From Hydrolagus affinis (lineage: Eukaryota): DNA of 64,000 nt. Below the pieces are notes generated by a model that was not told the origin of the DNA, did no database searches, and saw only the letters and a list, made by a program, of their open reading frames with translations. Location: the NCBI GenBank assembly GCA_012026655.1, contig JAAILG010000003.1, positions 1-64,000 on the forward strand. Reading direction: 5' to 3'. The first letter of the stretch is position 1; every line of letters starts with the position of its first letter. Positions 23,033-36,108 of the stretch are shown piece by piece. The position numbers and the translations under genes are program-made.

Positions 23033-25831
23033 CAAGATTACAATTCTCCTCGGCATCACAGTGCTTCTATCGAGCTGCAGGCAGTGTAAGGGTTAAGGCT
23101 CAGAAGTCAGACTTGCTGAAATATTTTTTGAAGACGATACAGTATTTTCAAAGTCAGCCAACAGCTTCATATGTGGAAAACAGTACAGCAGATAAAGATA
23201 GATGTTTTCTTTCATTTCCTATAGCTGGCCACACTGATAAAAATTTATCAGCCTTATTTCTGCTCTTTTTGGACCCAAAATGTTTGTAAAGATTTCCCCC
23301 AAATAATTTAGAACCACAGGAATACTCTGACATTTTATTCTCAGGTTAAGATTGAAAATATATACGATGCCCTTTAATGTACATGATCAAAGGAACACAG
23401 TAGATTGAGTGCTGTTTAATGCAGGTATTAAAATTCATTGGTCCCAGTCGGAAATCCCACGGAGCCTGTAGCAGAAGAATGAGCTAACCTTCTCATACGC
23501 CTGCTTTTCAAACAGACGCACAATGATATTGCGAAGATTACTAACCTCCAACATACCTCTTGTGGTATGTGTCAAACATCTGCTATCTTACCAGATGCTA
23601 AAACAGACGGTATGGTATTAACTTCAAAGTCAAAAAGCCCTAAATTGAACTCTACACGACAGCGGGATGTGAATAGGCTCACAGATTCATTTTAATAAAA
23701 ATTCTGATTACTATTATTTTGAGAGATGATCTGAATTATTTTCGAAATGAGCGTTGACTTTAATGAGCCTTTTAATCAAAATGTATTTGTTTGTACGTAT
23801 CTCTTCCTGTGGGAAATAGATAGAAAAAAATTAATCTACATATTTGGGAGTAAAGTAGTACAATTTGGTTTGAGGTCTAATTTGTAGTACTGTAGTTCTA
23901 AATAGGTTTTCTTAATGAAGAATGCAAGTCAGGCAAATGTGGATGTCACAACTAACTAAGACTTCCTAAGAAATATTGCAAATTACATCCCTAAAAGAAT
24001 TGCATTTTGTTAATTTTTGTAAAAATATTAATCTTAGTTTTATGCATTGTCATGCTTTTTCAAATCTATTTCATATATCTGTAGTATAACTTTTCCTTTT
24101 GTTAAATTCATAATCAAGTGGCAAGTCCACCATGTGCAGATTGATGCAAAAGTTGTTGGTTTACACGGTTAGGCATTTAAACATTCACCTTCGTTATAGA
24201 AATCAATTATTTCCAATTTAGCTTCCCACACGAATTTTTAAAAATGGTCCCTACATATAAATTCCAAAAGTGTGTCCTATTCACACCTAAAATAAAGTTT
24301 TTCATAGGATAACAAAGGCCTTTTAAAGCTGAAAGCTTTTAGGTGGGGAGGGTGGAAATCACATAAGATGACTGTTATCACCGAAGTAAAAGATGGTATT
24401 CTATGTGTCATTACAATTTCTCAGTGTATTGTACAGATTTATTGGATATTTTACAAGCGTGTTATGCTAACTTTACTATTTGTGATTGATTGAATGACTA
24501 ATACTGCAATACTACTGACAAATTGCCTAATGAAAATAATATATAATTTTAAATACATTTTAAATAATTCATTTGAACAAGGAGTACCCTTGCTATGCTT
24601 CCACAGGCAAGATGGGAAACACAAGCCTGGTTGATCATTCAACATTGTCCAACCTCCTTTTCCAGGCCAGAAATAGTTTTAAGACAGATAGTATTAGGCT
24701 AGTCATTGATACCAATAATCTAGAGGGACAAAAGATCAAATAAACCAAGGAAATGTAGGACACTTTTAAAAAAAAAGTAATTAAAATACACATCCTCTCA
24801 AGAAACACTACATCTCAAGAAACACTATGTTTCACCCACAAAATATACAGTCAATTCACTTTGCTGTATATTCTATTAAACTCAGTGAGGTGCAATAAGG
24901 CACTATATCAAATGCAAGGATTAGGGTTATTATTATACTCTGCTACATTCAATGTTCATCTTTTGACATCTTGTCTAATTGTTCATAAAGGACTAAGAAT
25001 TGAGATATGGACTAAAAGTTGAGATATAGTGATTTACAACATTTGAGACATAGAAATTATTAATACTGAAGTTATGTAGTGATTGGCTTTTATATTTAAA
25101 AAAAAGAAATTTAGCAACAAAGTTCAAGTTTGGCAAAATATTCTTTTAATAATACATACAGATTTATCTTTCTGTAAATACTACAATGCTAAGAATTCAG
25201 TCAGTGTAAGTGGCCGTCCCTGTGGTTGGACCAAATTGATTGCTTAAGGCAAGATGTTCAACTAAAGCCTCAGTTCCATAGCTCCAGGTATTGCCCGACT
25301 GTTATTTGTAAAAAAAAAACTATCAAAATTGCTACAAGATCCCTCATGTTCTTGTGAGTTTGGAAGGTCATATATGTACAGAGTTCTGCTGACCAACTTC
25401 CAAATGCCAGTGAAACTTCAATTGATTGCAAAATACTCTGTCTTTTGAATTCATTAGAAGTGCAAAGAATTCTGCTGTGTATCGTCCGAGGTGTTGTTTT
25501 TTCAAAAAAAAACTTTGTGAACCTTCAGGTTTAGCAGCCATGGTACATATTATCAGATTTCCAGCAACAAGAATCATCTTCAAACTAAATTAGCAGTTAT
25601 AAATTTATCTGTTCCCTACCACCATTTTGCTGCTTTCATTCCCATTTGCTGAGATCCTTCCCTTCTTTCCCACTGTCTCATCATCTCTGCTGCAAACCAC
25701 CCAAATTGCCTCAATAATACAAGCCCAATACTGTACCTCCCCCAACTGGTCAGTCTGTATATGCTTTGCTGGATGTACCAAGTCAAAGGCTGAAATCTTG
25801 GTCTACTATTAGTTATTGGTCTATTATTAGT

Positions 25832-26135
25832 TGAGTCCTGTAGCTCAATGGTTAGAGTACATACCTTGCAAGCGAGACACTTAGGTTTGATTCCAGGCAG
25901 GGAGAAACCCTGGGAAAATTTCCTTACTCCACACACCTGAGAATAATTCCTCAAAACAAAATTGGTCACTTAAATCCACGACTGTTTGTGGGACATTGCT
26001 GTGTGCAATCGGCTTCCATGTTTTGCCCACAAAATATACAGTCAATTCACTTTACAGTATATTCTGTGAAGCGCTTTGAGACATTTAGAAGATGTGAAAA
26101 AGCACTATATCAAATGCAAGGATGATTATTATTAT
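25832..26135 (+). mobile_element. tRNA-derived SINE, full length, short subfamily
   Basis: GAGTCCTGTAGCTCAATGGTTAGAGTAC...GGTTTGATTCCAGGCAGGG...CTGTTTGTGGGAC...AAATGCAAGGATGATTATTATT. Confidence 0.9.
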
Positions 26136-28429
26136 CCAATCTCAGCCTGTGGCAAAAGTTGGCGAGGGTTATTTTTGATCTCAATGTGTGGAAAAAGGAG
26201 TGCCTGGTCATGACATAATGACCTCTGTTTGAGCATCGGGGAGCAAGAGGCCAGGTTCCATATAAGGTGAATAGCCTTCTAGCATTGAAGGAATCATATC
26301 TCAGCTGGATTTGGTGTTTCTTCGAGAGAGGAAATATAGCTTTTTCTTTAAAAAAGACGAAAGTACAATGAAAAAAGTGGCTTTAAGAGAATGACATAGA
26401 GAACTATCACAGCCTGGCAGCAGTCTATTATCTGTAGTAAGAAATTCACAAGCAAAACATAACTTTAATTTGGCAGATTATTAACAGTAAAGTTACATTA
26501 ACAGATCTGTCATGAACAATTGTTACCAATATTGCATTGCTATGAATGTGACTTCACTGCACTTCCATGATACATCCTTAAAATCTCATGTAAATATAAG
26601 TAATATATATCACTTCTAAAATAAATAAATAAATTTAATAGAGCACAAGTGAATTTAACAGTTTCCATACCAGTTACAATTTTTCTAGTGCAATTCAATT
26701 GTGTGGAGTCCCCTAGAAATTTATTGCAATATAAAAATATAATTACCATACACAATAAATTAATAAGTAGGCCAACAGAATTCTGCACCTAAAGGAATGT
26801 GCATGCACAACTCAGCAATTTTCCTTCTAGACACTATACAATTGAGTATATTCAGTATAATGTTCTTGCAATACACATCCTGCAATCCTTTCTGGTACAT
26901 GTCAAACCTTTCCTGAACATATCAAAGGAGGCTTTGCCACCTATATCTATATTACGGCTTTCAGGAGTGCAATCAATAAGACCCCTGAAGACACAAAATC
27001 ATTTGTAACAATGGCAAGCTTATGTGATTCTTCAACTTAAACAAAAATGCACCAATTTAGGGTAATGAACACCACTGAAGCCCTCTCTAGTATATTTCAC
27101 CTCATTATTGTACAGTGAAATAGAAATCACAGGCTCAAAATGAAGCATCAGGATTAAAAACATATACAGGCAGCAGACAAGAGATTTTGATTTCCAAATC
27201 TACGAACTGCATTTATTGTAAAGGAAACTTTTAACTTAGGGTTTAAAATTGTTTCAATTGAAGTGATAAGTCAACTGATGAAACATGATGGGGGTGATAT
27301 TAATAAGCTCATCTACATTTAAAACACGACTGGCCTAAAGAACTGAACTTGGAGAAAAGAGATTTTGTGGGTGGTCACATTTATAAAGAACATTTTAATG
27401 GGCAGCATACATAATTTAGGTTCATATACTAGGCAGGGAAGGTACTAATAACCAATTGATCATATTAAAGGTATCTGCAGATTCTGTATGTTATGATTCC
27501 CCAATAAGAAAAAAATCTCCAGAGCCACATTACGAGTCTAAGAATGGTGACCTATTTAATGTCATTGAAGATGCAGCAATATGAAAAGAACTGCTCTTAG
27601 CTCACAAACTAATGATGGTAGTGCTCCCAACTGACGAAACTGATGAACGACTCCCAACAGTCACCACTATATGCGTCAACTGATGCAGGCAACAGTCCCT
27701 TCGCAATTAAATAAAAGCTGCCAATTTTCAATATGCATTGCTCTCATATGACCTCTAGCTTTGAAAATACACTGTGTCATTTTATTGCAACTGAGTGCAA
27801 ATAAATGTGTTGCTTACCGAATTTAGAAAATTTGGTTAAAATGAGCCTTTTAAACAGCTGGTTTACATTAGAAAAATATAAATGAGCTTTGAAGAAACCA
27901 ATAAGTTAACCGAGGACTTTGAATTGAACTGCCCTACCATCCACTGACTGGGGAAAAACAATAATTAACAAAGCTGTCATGCAGCCATAGTTATACTAAT
28001 AATGTGCAATGGTGCTTGACAGCATGACAAATATAAACAAAGACGAGCAAAATGCGTTAACTGAATAGCCATATTTTAAGCTTTTTTTAACTGCCAAATG
28101 CCATATCATACACAATTTTACACAGGTCTCAAGTGTCAGGTTCAACAAGTTCTTCATCACAAATCAGCTGCGTTGAGAGAAATGAAAAAAATCCAGTAAT
28201 ATTCTAACTCTCCCTAGTGGGGAGCCAGCAGTCCACAGTACTACTGGAATTGATTGTTTTCTCTCAAATGTCAGCGTGGAACATGTGGGAAGAAAACATC
28301 CAATTAAAAAAAACTGCAGCAAAATATCATTTTTCACTCTCACTTCAAGAAGCCTGGAATTCAGTTTGTGTAATAACTCGCTGGCATGTATCCACTGTGG
28401 AAGCATCTCAGCCAAGATGATGAGGAGGC

Positions 28430-28812
28430 GAGGTCTTGCTTTCATTGCACAGCGTACCAGTAGCAGCTGATAGGGACTGGACTTCCCCAGCAGCCTAGAA
28501 ATCTTGCACAGGGCAATCTCAGTAACTGAGGAAATGTTGTGTGTGCGTGGCTGCCTCTAGCAAATACACCGTTGGTTACAGCTGACTAAATGTCTCACTG
28601 ATATCTTAAGAGAAAGGGGTCTACCAAAAAAAACATGGATGAGAGGGAACTTTAAATGATAGCTTAATGCTCAGCTTCATCCTGGAAAGTAAACTAATGC
28701 TGCATGTTCTACAGTGCTGGATCTGTACAGAAAAGCTTCCAGACGCACACATGGATATGTACAGCAGAAGCAGCTTACAGACACTGCTCTTTCAACTCTA
28801 ATTTACTTCAAG
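28430..28812 (+). other. candidate non-coding 5' exon / promoter region of INSYN2A (5' boundary uncertain)
   Basis: Repeat-free, relatively GC-rich block ending in a strong donor AAG|GTAAGC (28812/28813). The first coding exon has an acceptor only 7 nt before its ATG, so an upstream exon must exist. Assignment to this block is inference. Confidence 0.45.
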
Positions 28813-30974
28813 GTAAGCAATCATTCTACCACAGGTATGGAATTGATCTGACAAATTAAATTATTCCTAATTCTCCTAATTTAAAAAGCATCAGCAAATA
28901 TACACCAAGGTTGAGTATGAATGCAAATGGTTAACAATTATCTTGAAAGCTAATGATGTTTCATTTGTACTGTACTTTGCAACTGCAATCATTTCCAGTG
29001 GTTCATATCGTATTTTGAACAATTTAATAACAAGACTCCTCGACAGATATTGAAGTGAATCGCGCTGTTTCAATTGAATTCTCTAATGCAGTAGTCTTTC
29101 TATCACCTAATAATTTATAAGTGACCGTTTCACAGAAGTGTAATTTTGAGAGTATGCAGGCATAAAAACCTTTTGAGATGCATCATTCTGGGTGATAAAA
29201 TTGGCAGAAGTAGATACAATAATTAGAACTCTTCACGATATTCAGAGAGGCAGCATGCTTTTATTGTATGGTGTGTCATCCTACAATGCTCCGTATAAAG
29301 ACACAGTGAAGCATTCTGTCTGCGTGCTGTTAAAAATAAAAAGCTTTGCGCTGTTTTAAAATCCCTCGTGGAAATATTTCTCGGGTTAGCAACTTACAAA
29401 CAATAAATTATTTTCTATACCACAAGCAACAATTTGAAAAGAATGCTCACACTAAAAATATTATGCTTGCTACAGTAACTCACAAAGGGATAGTCTCAGG
29501 GGAATTGTAGTCTAGTTTACCATTTGATTCCACACCACTGGTTTGCTGCATGGAAAGAATCACTTTATTTTAACCCCCTCAGTCCTAAAGCACATTTTTT
29601 TTCCCCCAAGACCAAAAGACATATTGGATGAAAAGTACTGTATTTTCATGAACCAGTCTGTTTCTCCTTAACATTAATGCTCATGATGGATATATAATGG
29701 GGGTTGCAGCCAAACATCATCAAAATACTCTCAGGTTCTAAGAAAGGGTGATGCACTTTTCACACAAGGTGGTTTAGTATGTTTTCCATAGACCATGTTT
29801 CACACAGTTTCTCCATGGTTTGCTTTCATAATGGGAATATCAAGGGCGGTCAGACTGATAAAAGTTAGTCAATGTGCATAGCAAGGAATTTAAATAGAAT
29901 CAATAAAACTGAGAGTATGAAGAACACAGCAACAAGATCAGTAACAGTTAATGATACATGCAGAAATGCTGAGAATTTTTTGATTTGAAGTGAGCCACAC
30001 CATAATCTATGAGTAAATGCTTTAATAATATGACAAATACCATTCATGTTTGAGTAGTATTGCATAAACAAATAATCAGAGGAATATTTTGGATTTTTAA
30101 AAAATGTAAATATACTGAACTTTGTTAAGGAAATTAACTGTAATGCTCCAGTCAATCAGAATTCTATCAATATTCAGACCTGACTTCCCCACTCGAAGAT
30201 TATTAAAAGTTGGTTTAGTAACTAGCATTCAGCTTTGTTCACCTACTCTCAATATCGCAAATGTCAAATGTAATAATAATAGTGGAATCTTTGATTATCT
30301 ACTCCCAATTCCCAGACTTTGCTCGTCTCCAAGATTCAGCTAAGTCGGGATATTGAGCAAAACAAGAGACGAATGGGAGCACTTAGAATATTGACCATAT
30401 CATATATAGCAAATCCTATTATGCAATCTTCCAAAAAAGCATCATTGGTCTATAACATGAAGAAAATCTGGACTTTTATTGCCAATGTGACCAAACTACT
30501 AATCCATTGGTAAATCCCATATGGCAATTTATGCACAATACAATTTACTTCTCAATCTGCAGGTAGTCTGCATTCAGAATTCACCAGAGGCAGTAGCAAA
30601 GCAAATAAGAAATCAAGAAACCGCCCTTAATCGGTTCGCTTGAAATAACAGGAGATCTTACAGGGATAAATATGATATTTAACAAAAAGTGAATCCAGAA
30701 TAATAATTTCAGATACTCCAATGAAGCTGAATAAAATAAGGTTTAACGTTGGAAATGTTAAGGTTAGAATAGACACCAGGAAGTATTCACACAGCGAATA
30801 TTTGACCACTGAAATAGGTTCTAGGAAACATAATACTGGATAAATAACAATCCTTGCCGAACGTGTTGACATTTCCCTCATGCCGAAACATCTCAAAGCA
30901 TGTAGCAGTAATTACTGTAGTGACTGTATGTTTGTAGACAAATGCAGCAACCAATTTGCAGCAATCTCTCACAA

Positions 30975-31150
30975 ACAACAACAACAACTTTGATTTATAT
31001 AGCGCACTCCATGCCGGACGGCGTCTCAAGAGCGCTTCACAATAGCGGATCCCGGGACCAAGCCAGGGGCAGGGGTAGAAAGGTGACCAAAGGCACAGTC
31101 GAAGAGAAAGGTCTTCAGCTGGGACCTGAAACTGAGAAAAGAGGAGGCAA
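30975..31150 (-). mobile_element. L2 LINE 3' end with ORF2 C-terminus
   Basis: Minus-strand SFRSQLKTFLFDCAF matches the L2 ORF2 end motif FKxxLKTxLFxxAF; followed by GTGAAGCGCTCTTGAGACG...GCGCTATATAAATCAAA(GTT)n. Confidence 0.75.
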
Positions 31151-32269
31151 GACAGCTAAGTAGTGAATGACCAATCTGACTGGGGGTTTGTTGGCCAGAG
31201 CCACAGGAAATATTCCATTCTCTTTCTGAATATGGGATATTTAAAGTCCTTTTCACTAGGGAGAGCGGACCTCTTCCTCACTGGATGGGTGGTAGAGGAA
31301 GTTGGTAAATTTAACAAATTTTAATTTGTTTCTTCCCTTCAAGACTATGAGAAACACAGTTGAAATAGCATGATGACATAGTGGGAAGACACTAGATTGG
31401 TATTCTGGAAGAATGAAATGAAAAAAGACCAAATCACTTTCTTCATCAAAGTGCTCTTATACTAATGTGAATTTTAAAATAGAAAATCTATCAATTTTTG
31501 ATGTACTTACATTTGAAGTGCAGCAATCTAAGCTTTTTACCTTACATGAATATGAATGTACATCATGGTGAAATAAATCAGCTACCAATATAGAGCTTAC
31601 AGTAGTAATTCATTACACACCAGAAACTGATGCACAATACAAAGTTGTCATCACACCTATGACACAATTTCTACTTTTAACAGCTGTTCAGTTTGTACAA
31701 TAGTCATATAATTTTTCACTTTTCATCAAACTGTGAAGCTAAATTTAATTATCTACATGCCATATTTTGATTCAAATAAAACTGAAAATATCCTATACTG
31801 TACCGAGCACACTGTATACAAATATGCTTGAATAAATCAAGTCTATAGATAGAAATATAGACCACAATATGTCTAAGAGGATTATGTATTTTAGATCTAA
31901 GTCAGTTTGTACAGTGCATAATGCTTCAATAACGTCTATCGCAGGTCCATTATAAACACACAAAGTGAATCAAGAGTCCTTACTCATAGGTCTATATGAG
32001 ATGTTTAAACTATATGCCATGTAGACATTTATAGACATCAATTCAGTGACAAAAAGTTTCACAAACATGATGAAAGGCATCTCTTATAACACTTTTACAC
32101 TGACTACCAATGTTGTCTTAAAACAAGAACTGATTAATAATTAAAAATCTTTGAGTAAGGACCTCTGATTCACGCTGTGTATTAAAACATAGATAGCTGC
32201 GATTATCAAATAGTTTTCTATATTACATTTAGTCTTACAAATATCAGAAAATATTATACAAATATTAGA

Positions 32270-32368
32270 AATATAGTCAATTTACTTTACAGTATATTCT
32301 GTGAAGCACTTTGAGATGTCTAGAAGACGTAAAAAGCGCTATATCAAATGCAAGGATTATTATTATCA
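32270..32368 (+). mobile_element. SINE 3' tail
   Basis: AGTCAATTTACTTTACAGTATATTCTGTGAAGCACTTTGAGATGTCTAGAAGACGTAAAAAGCGCTATATCAAATGCAAGGATTATTATT. Confidence 0.82.
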
Positions 32369-34186
32369 TCGTTGTTGGGGCTGTGCAGTAAAAGAAAAAG
32401 GTAAAAGAAACTTCAAGATAAATATTTAAACTATAATTTCCAAAGAGATCAGTATTTGGATTGGTTGAAGAAATATCAAGGTTTACTATAATAAATTGTG
32501 CATCTTATGAAGAGTGTTTTACAAAAGATAACTGAATAGAGATAACACAAAAGCACAAACATTTCCCACATTCATGCGACTTTGGTGTGGTTGACTCAAC
32601 AATTTCTTCATGCTGCTGAAAACTGAATTTACCCCAAATGTAATTTTTCCTGAAGTAGAGCTTGTTCATAATATCCACCCCATGATTTTTGCTATTTCAA
32701 AAATGTGCTTTTAAAATTATAATCTGCCACTGTTCTAAAACATACTCTGGCAGTGATGCTTTGAACATATGTTCTTCATCAGGAAGTGAAAAAGGATGAA
32801 TGCTTGTGAGAAATATTGTCTGTTGCTAGGATACACAATTTAAATCAAGGAGAAAAGAAAGGAAATACTCCACATTGGGAATCCTAACCTCTGCTCCAAT
32901 TTATGGAGAACAGGATTTTTACTTCACATCCTGCTGAATAATGAAAGAGCTACTTGGTAATAATCTGACACAGTTTGGTGCTTAAAGTAAAACAATAAAG
33001 ACCATAAATAAACCAACAATAAAAGTATTCCAAATCAGGTTTCTGTTAAAAAAAAATCAAGTCTCTCTTTGCTCAGCCAACTGGATTTCATATTTAATCA
33101 ATAGGTGTATAAAAAAGAATTCCAATGAACATTTAGTAACTTTGATTTCAAGAAGTTGTATTGTTCAATGTGAATGTTGCTAGGGCTTTTTACAGCTCCA
33201 TTTCATCATCTGTTTCATCTGTTAAAACCAGTCTGTGCATCAAGTACAAGACCTTTTGGCAAATCTGACTGTAGAGCATTAAGATACAATAGTTTCCAAT
33301 ATTGCTTTAAGTCTGTTCACTACTAACATGATAACTGCCTCAGTTTTTTGAAAAAAAATGCAACGTAACTAATTTTATATGTCCAAACCTCTTTTGTTGA
33401 GTTAGACAAGTTGATTACAGCAAACAAAAGCCTGTATACAATCATAAATTATACGTTCATTTTCAACAATGAATAAAATAAGCAGAAAACACACTGCAGC
33501 ATCAACCAGATAGGGCCTCAGGTTCATGTGATATACAATGCAATCATTATGCATGACGCTTGTGAATTCTGGGTTGTCTACATGTGTATTCATTGCCACA
33601 ATAAATAACCAGCATTAGAATAAATGCTTACTTCCACCTCTCCTTTCCCCTTATACCTGTTATACATCTTGTCCTAATGTAAATGAGCAATGTGTTTCAA
33701 ACACTAATAAAAAAAAAGTTTGAGGTAAGGGTGATACATTCAAGAATTGGCTGTTAAATATCATCATGTAGAGCATCTTTTCAGGTGCACATTTTTTACT
33801 GACAAACTACCAATGCTTGATTTCACATGCATCTAAGGGGACTCTGCTTGTTGGTTCCTGAATGAATTCAACAGCACCTGCTTCCACTTAGCTTATGCGC
33901 TCACCCACTCAATAATAATGTATTGATTGTGAGGATTCAAACTCTCAAATTTCATTACTGTTTTGAACTGTAGACATATGCTAATAAAAGTGTACAAATT
34001 TTTAAAATGTCAGTCCATGGAGGCCATCAACTAGAATTAAGACACAATCATGGATAGGATCCATGAAAGGTTTATTCCCCCACCTCCACAAAGACTAGAT
34101 GGTCAGTTGAATTTTGATTAATCTGTTTTAATGGAGAATGGTTGACGGTCAATTTTTAATACAGTGCTGGATTTTAAAGTATCATT

Positions 34187-34487
34187 AATAATAATAATCC
34201 TTGCATTTAGTATAGTGCTTTTCATGTCTTCAAGACGTCTCGAAGTGCTTCACAGAATATACTGTAATATGACTGTATATTTGTGGGTGAAACACAGCAG
34301 CCAATTGTGCACATCAGTGTCCCACAAACAGTCGTGGATTGAAATGACCAATTTATTATTGTTTGTTTTTTGAGGGATTATTATCAGGCGTGTGGAATAA
34401 GGAAACTTGCCCAAGGTTTCGTCCTACCTGGAATTGAACACAGGTCTCTCGCTAGTAATGTTGTAACCACTGAGCTACAGGACTCCA
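34187..34487 (-). mobile_element. tRNA-derived SINE, full length, short subfamily
   Basis: (ATA)nATCCTTGCATTT ... AACCACTGAGCTACAGGACTCCA; collinear with 250-554. Confidence 0.9.
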
Positions 34488-34918
34488 TGCAAGCCTGCAT
34501 CTACACAAAATATATAGTGTTTCAAGCTGGCATGCTTTCAAATGTACTGAGAGTAATACCGGTGGAACCAACTAAGTCAATTGAACTTTCCAGAAACAAG
34601 CTGTTGCTTTTTGCAGTGAGCTGGAGGAATTTGTGAGAAAATGGAAAATCTGTTGGGGTTTTTTGGAAAATGTGACAATACTTTGGATGGATGGTCAAAC
34701 ATTAACCCTTATTGTTTGGAACAAACAAATAATTTGCTGGCACTAATGTCACTTAGCAACATTCTTGCAAATAGTATGCAGTTATAAAATGCATCTCATG
34801 GTGTCACTCTAACAATATTTTAAAATCCAGGACCACCAGATTCATAGCATTTGAAACATTGCAAATTATGCTTTTCAAATGTCTTTTTTCCATTTCCCCC
34901 ACCAAATATAGGGAAACC

Positions 34919-36108
34919 ATGGTGAGTAAGGAAGCAAGCAAATGCCCACTCACAAGCGCGGAGAATGAGGTCGAACCAGCAGCTTCACGAAAAGTGGAGA
35001 TGAAATATGTGTTGGACCCAAACAGGCACATTAGGAAAAGAAATAAAGCTTTGCAGGTGAGATTTAAAGACATCTGTGAGGCCCAAAATGAACAGGACAA
35101 GAATCTTTTGGCAACCCAGCAATTGGACAAAAAATCATTGAAAGCTATTTCTTACAAGGCAGCTTATCGCAAATACATGACGGTGCCTGCACGGAGATCG
35201 ATCCCAAATGTTACCAGGAGCACAGGCGTCCAGACATCACCCGATCTCAAAAAGCGTTACCAGACATTCCCTTTGGAACGAAAGAAAGGGAATGTCATTA
35301 AAATTGCTCCAACTCTTGAAGCGTTCAGGAGACAAAACAATAGCCTTGATATTAAGGATAATAACCTCGATGAAGATTCAGGAGAGCATTTCAACCTCAG
35401 TAAAATGGTGAGCCATCAGAAGAGTCCAAATACCAGCTCACACGGGGAATTAAGCAACTTACACAAACAAGCTGGTAGCGAGCGTTGTGACAATTCTAGT
35501 AACATGGAACCAGAGAAATATGGCTGTACTGAAGAGCCCTCACCCCTTTTAAGCTTGACGGATTCCAATCCAACAGAACAAAATAATCAACTGCATAATA
35601 AGGCAAAGCAAGATAAAGTGCCATCATCAGGAAATCAGAACTTTAATCAGTCAGCGCACAGCAATCTGCAGCTAACAGAGCTCACCTCCTTCCATTTAAC
35701 AGAAACTAACAGCGAACCTACACAATTATCGAATTACTTTACACAGGACATCCCACAAAATTTGACAGTACAGGACGAACATGAAAGAACTTTGCAACCC
35801 ACTGGTCTGTCTTCTCAATCAGACAATGGTCAAATTTATGCAGTACAGGAGTACAGTGGAGTACAAGGCAATGAAGAATGCCCTGAACCTCTTCTGTCGG
35901 ACATTGTACCTATGGAGCAAAATCAGCCGAGCCAAACATCAGTATCTGTGATAAACTCAAATAGGCAAATTGTGCCTGTTACAGAAACGGTGGATCTGAA
36001 AGCACAGCTGCAGATAATGGAAAACTTGATCAATTCCAGTCAGGAAACCATTAAGGTGCTGCTTGGTGTTATTCAGGAATTAGAAAAAGGCGAAGCTCTC
36101 AGAGAAGG
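34919..36108 (+). CDS. INSYN2A: INSYN2A (FAM196A, inhibitory synaptic factor 2A) coding exon 1
   Basis: Acceptor tag at 34909-34911, Kozak ACCATGG at 34919. MVSKEASKC...RKRNKALQVRFKDICEAQNE...YRKYMTVPARRSIPNVTRSTGVQTSPDLKKRYQTFP and DLKAQLQIMENLINSSQETIKVLLGVIQELEKGEALREG match INSYN2A. Donor GG|gtaaga at 36108/36109. Confidence 0.95.

Noticed and set aside
34859-34918. N-terminal extension MQIMLFKCLFSISPTKYRET of the 417 aa ORF, and its stop at 36110-36112
   Set aside because: The extension is the polypyrimidine tract/acceptor of the intron; the TAA is part of the gtaag donor. The true CDS starts at 34919 and splices at 36108.
34804-35411. Overlapping ORFs 34804-35130 (-) and 35208-35411 (+)
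   Set aside because: Antisense and alternative-frame shadows of the INSYN2A exon, without supporting signals.
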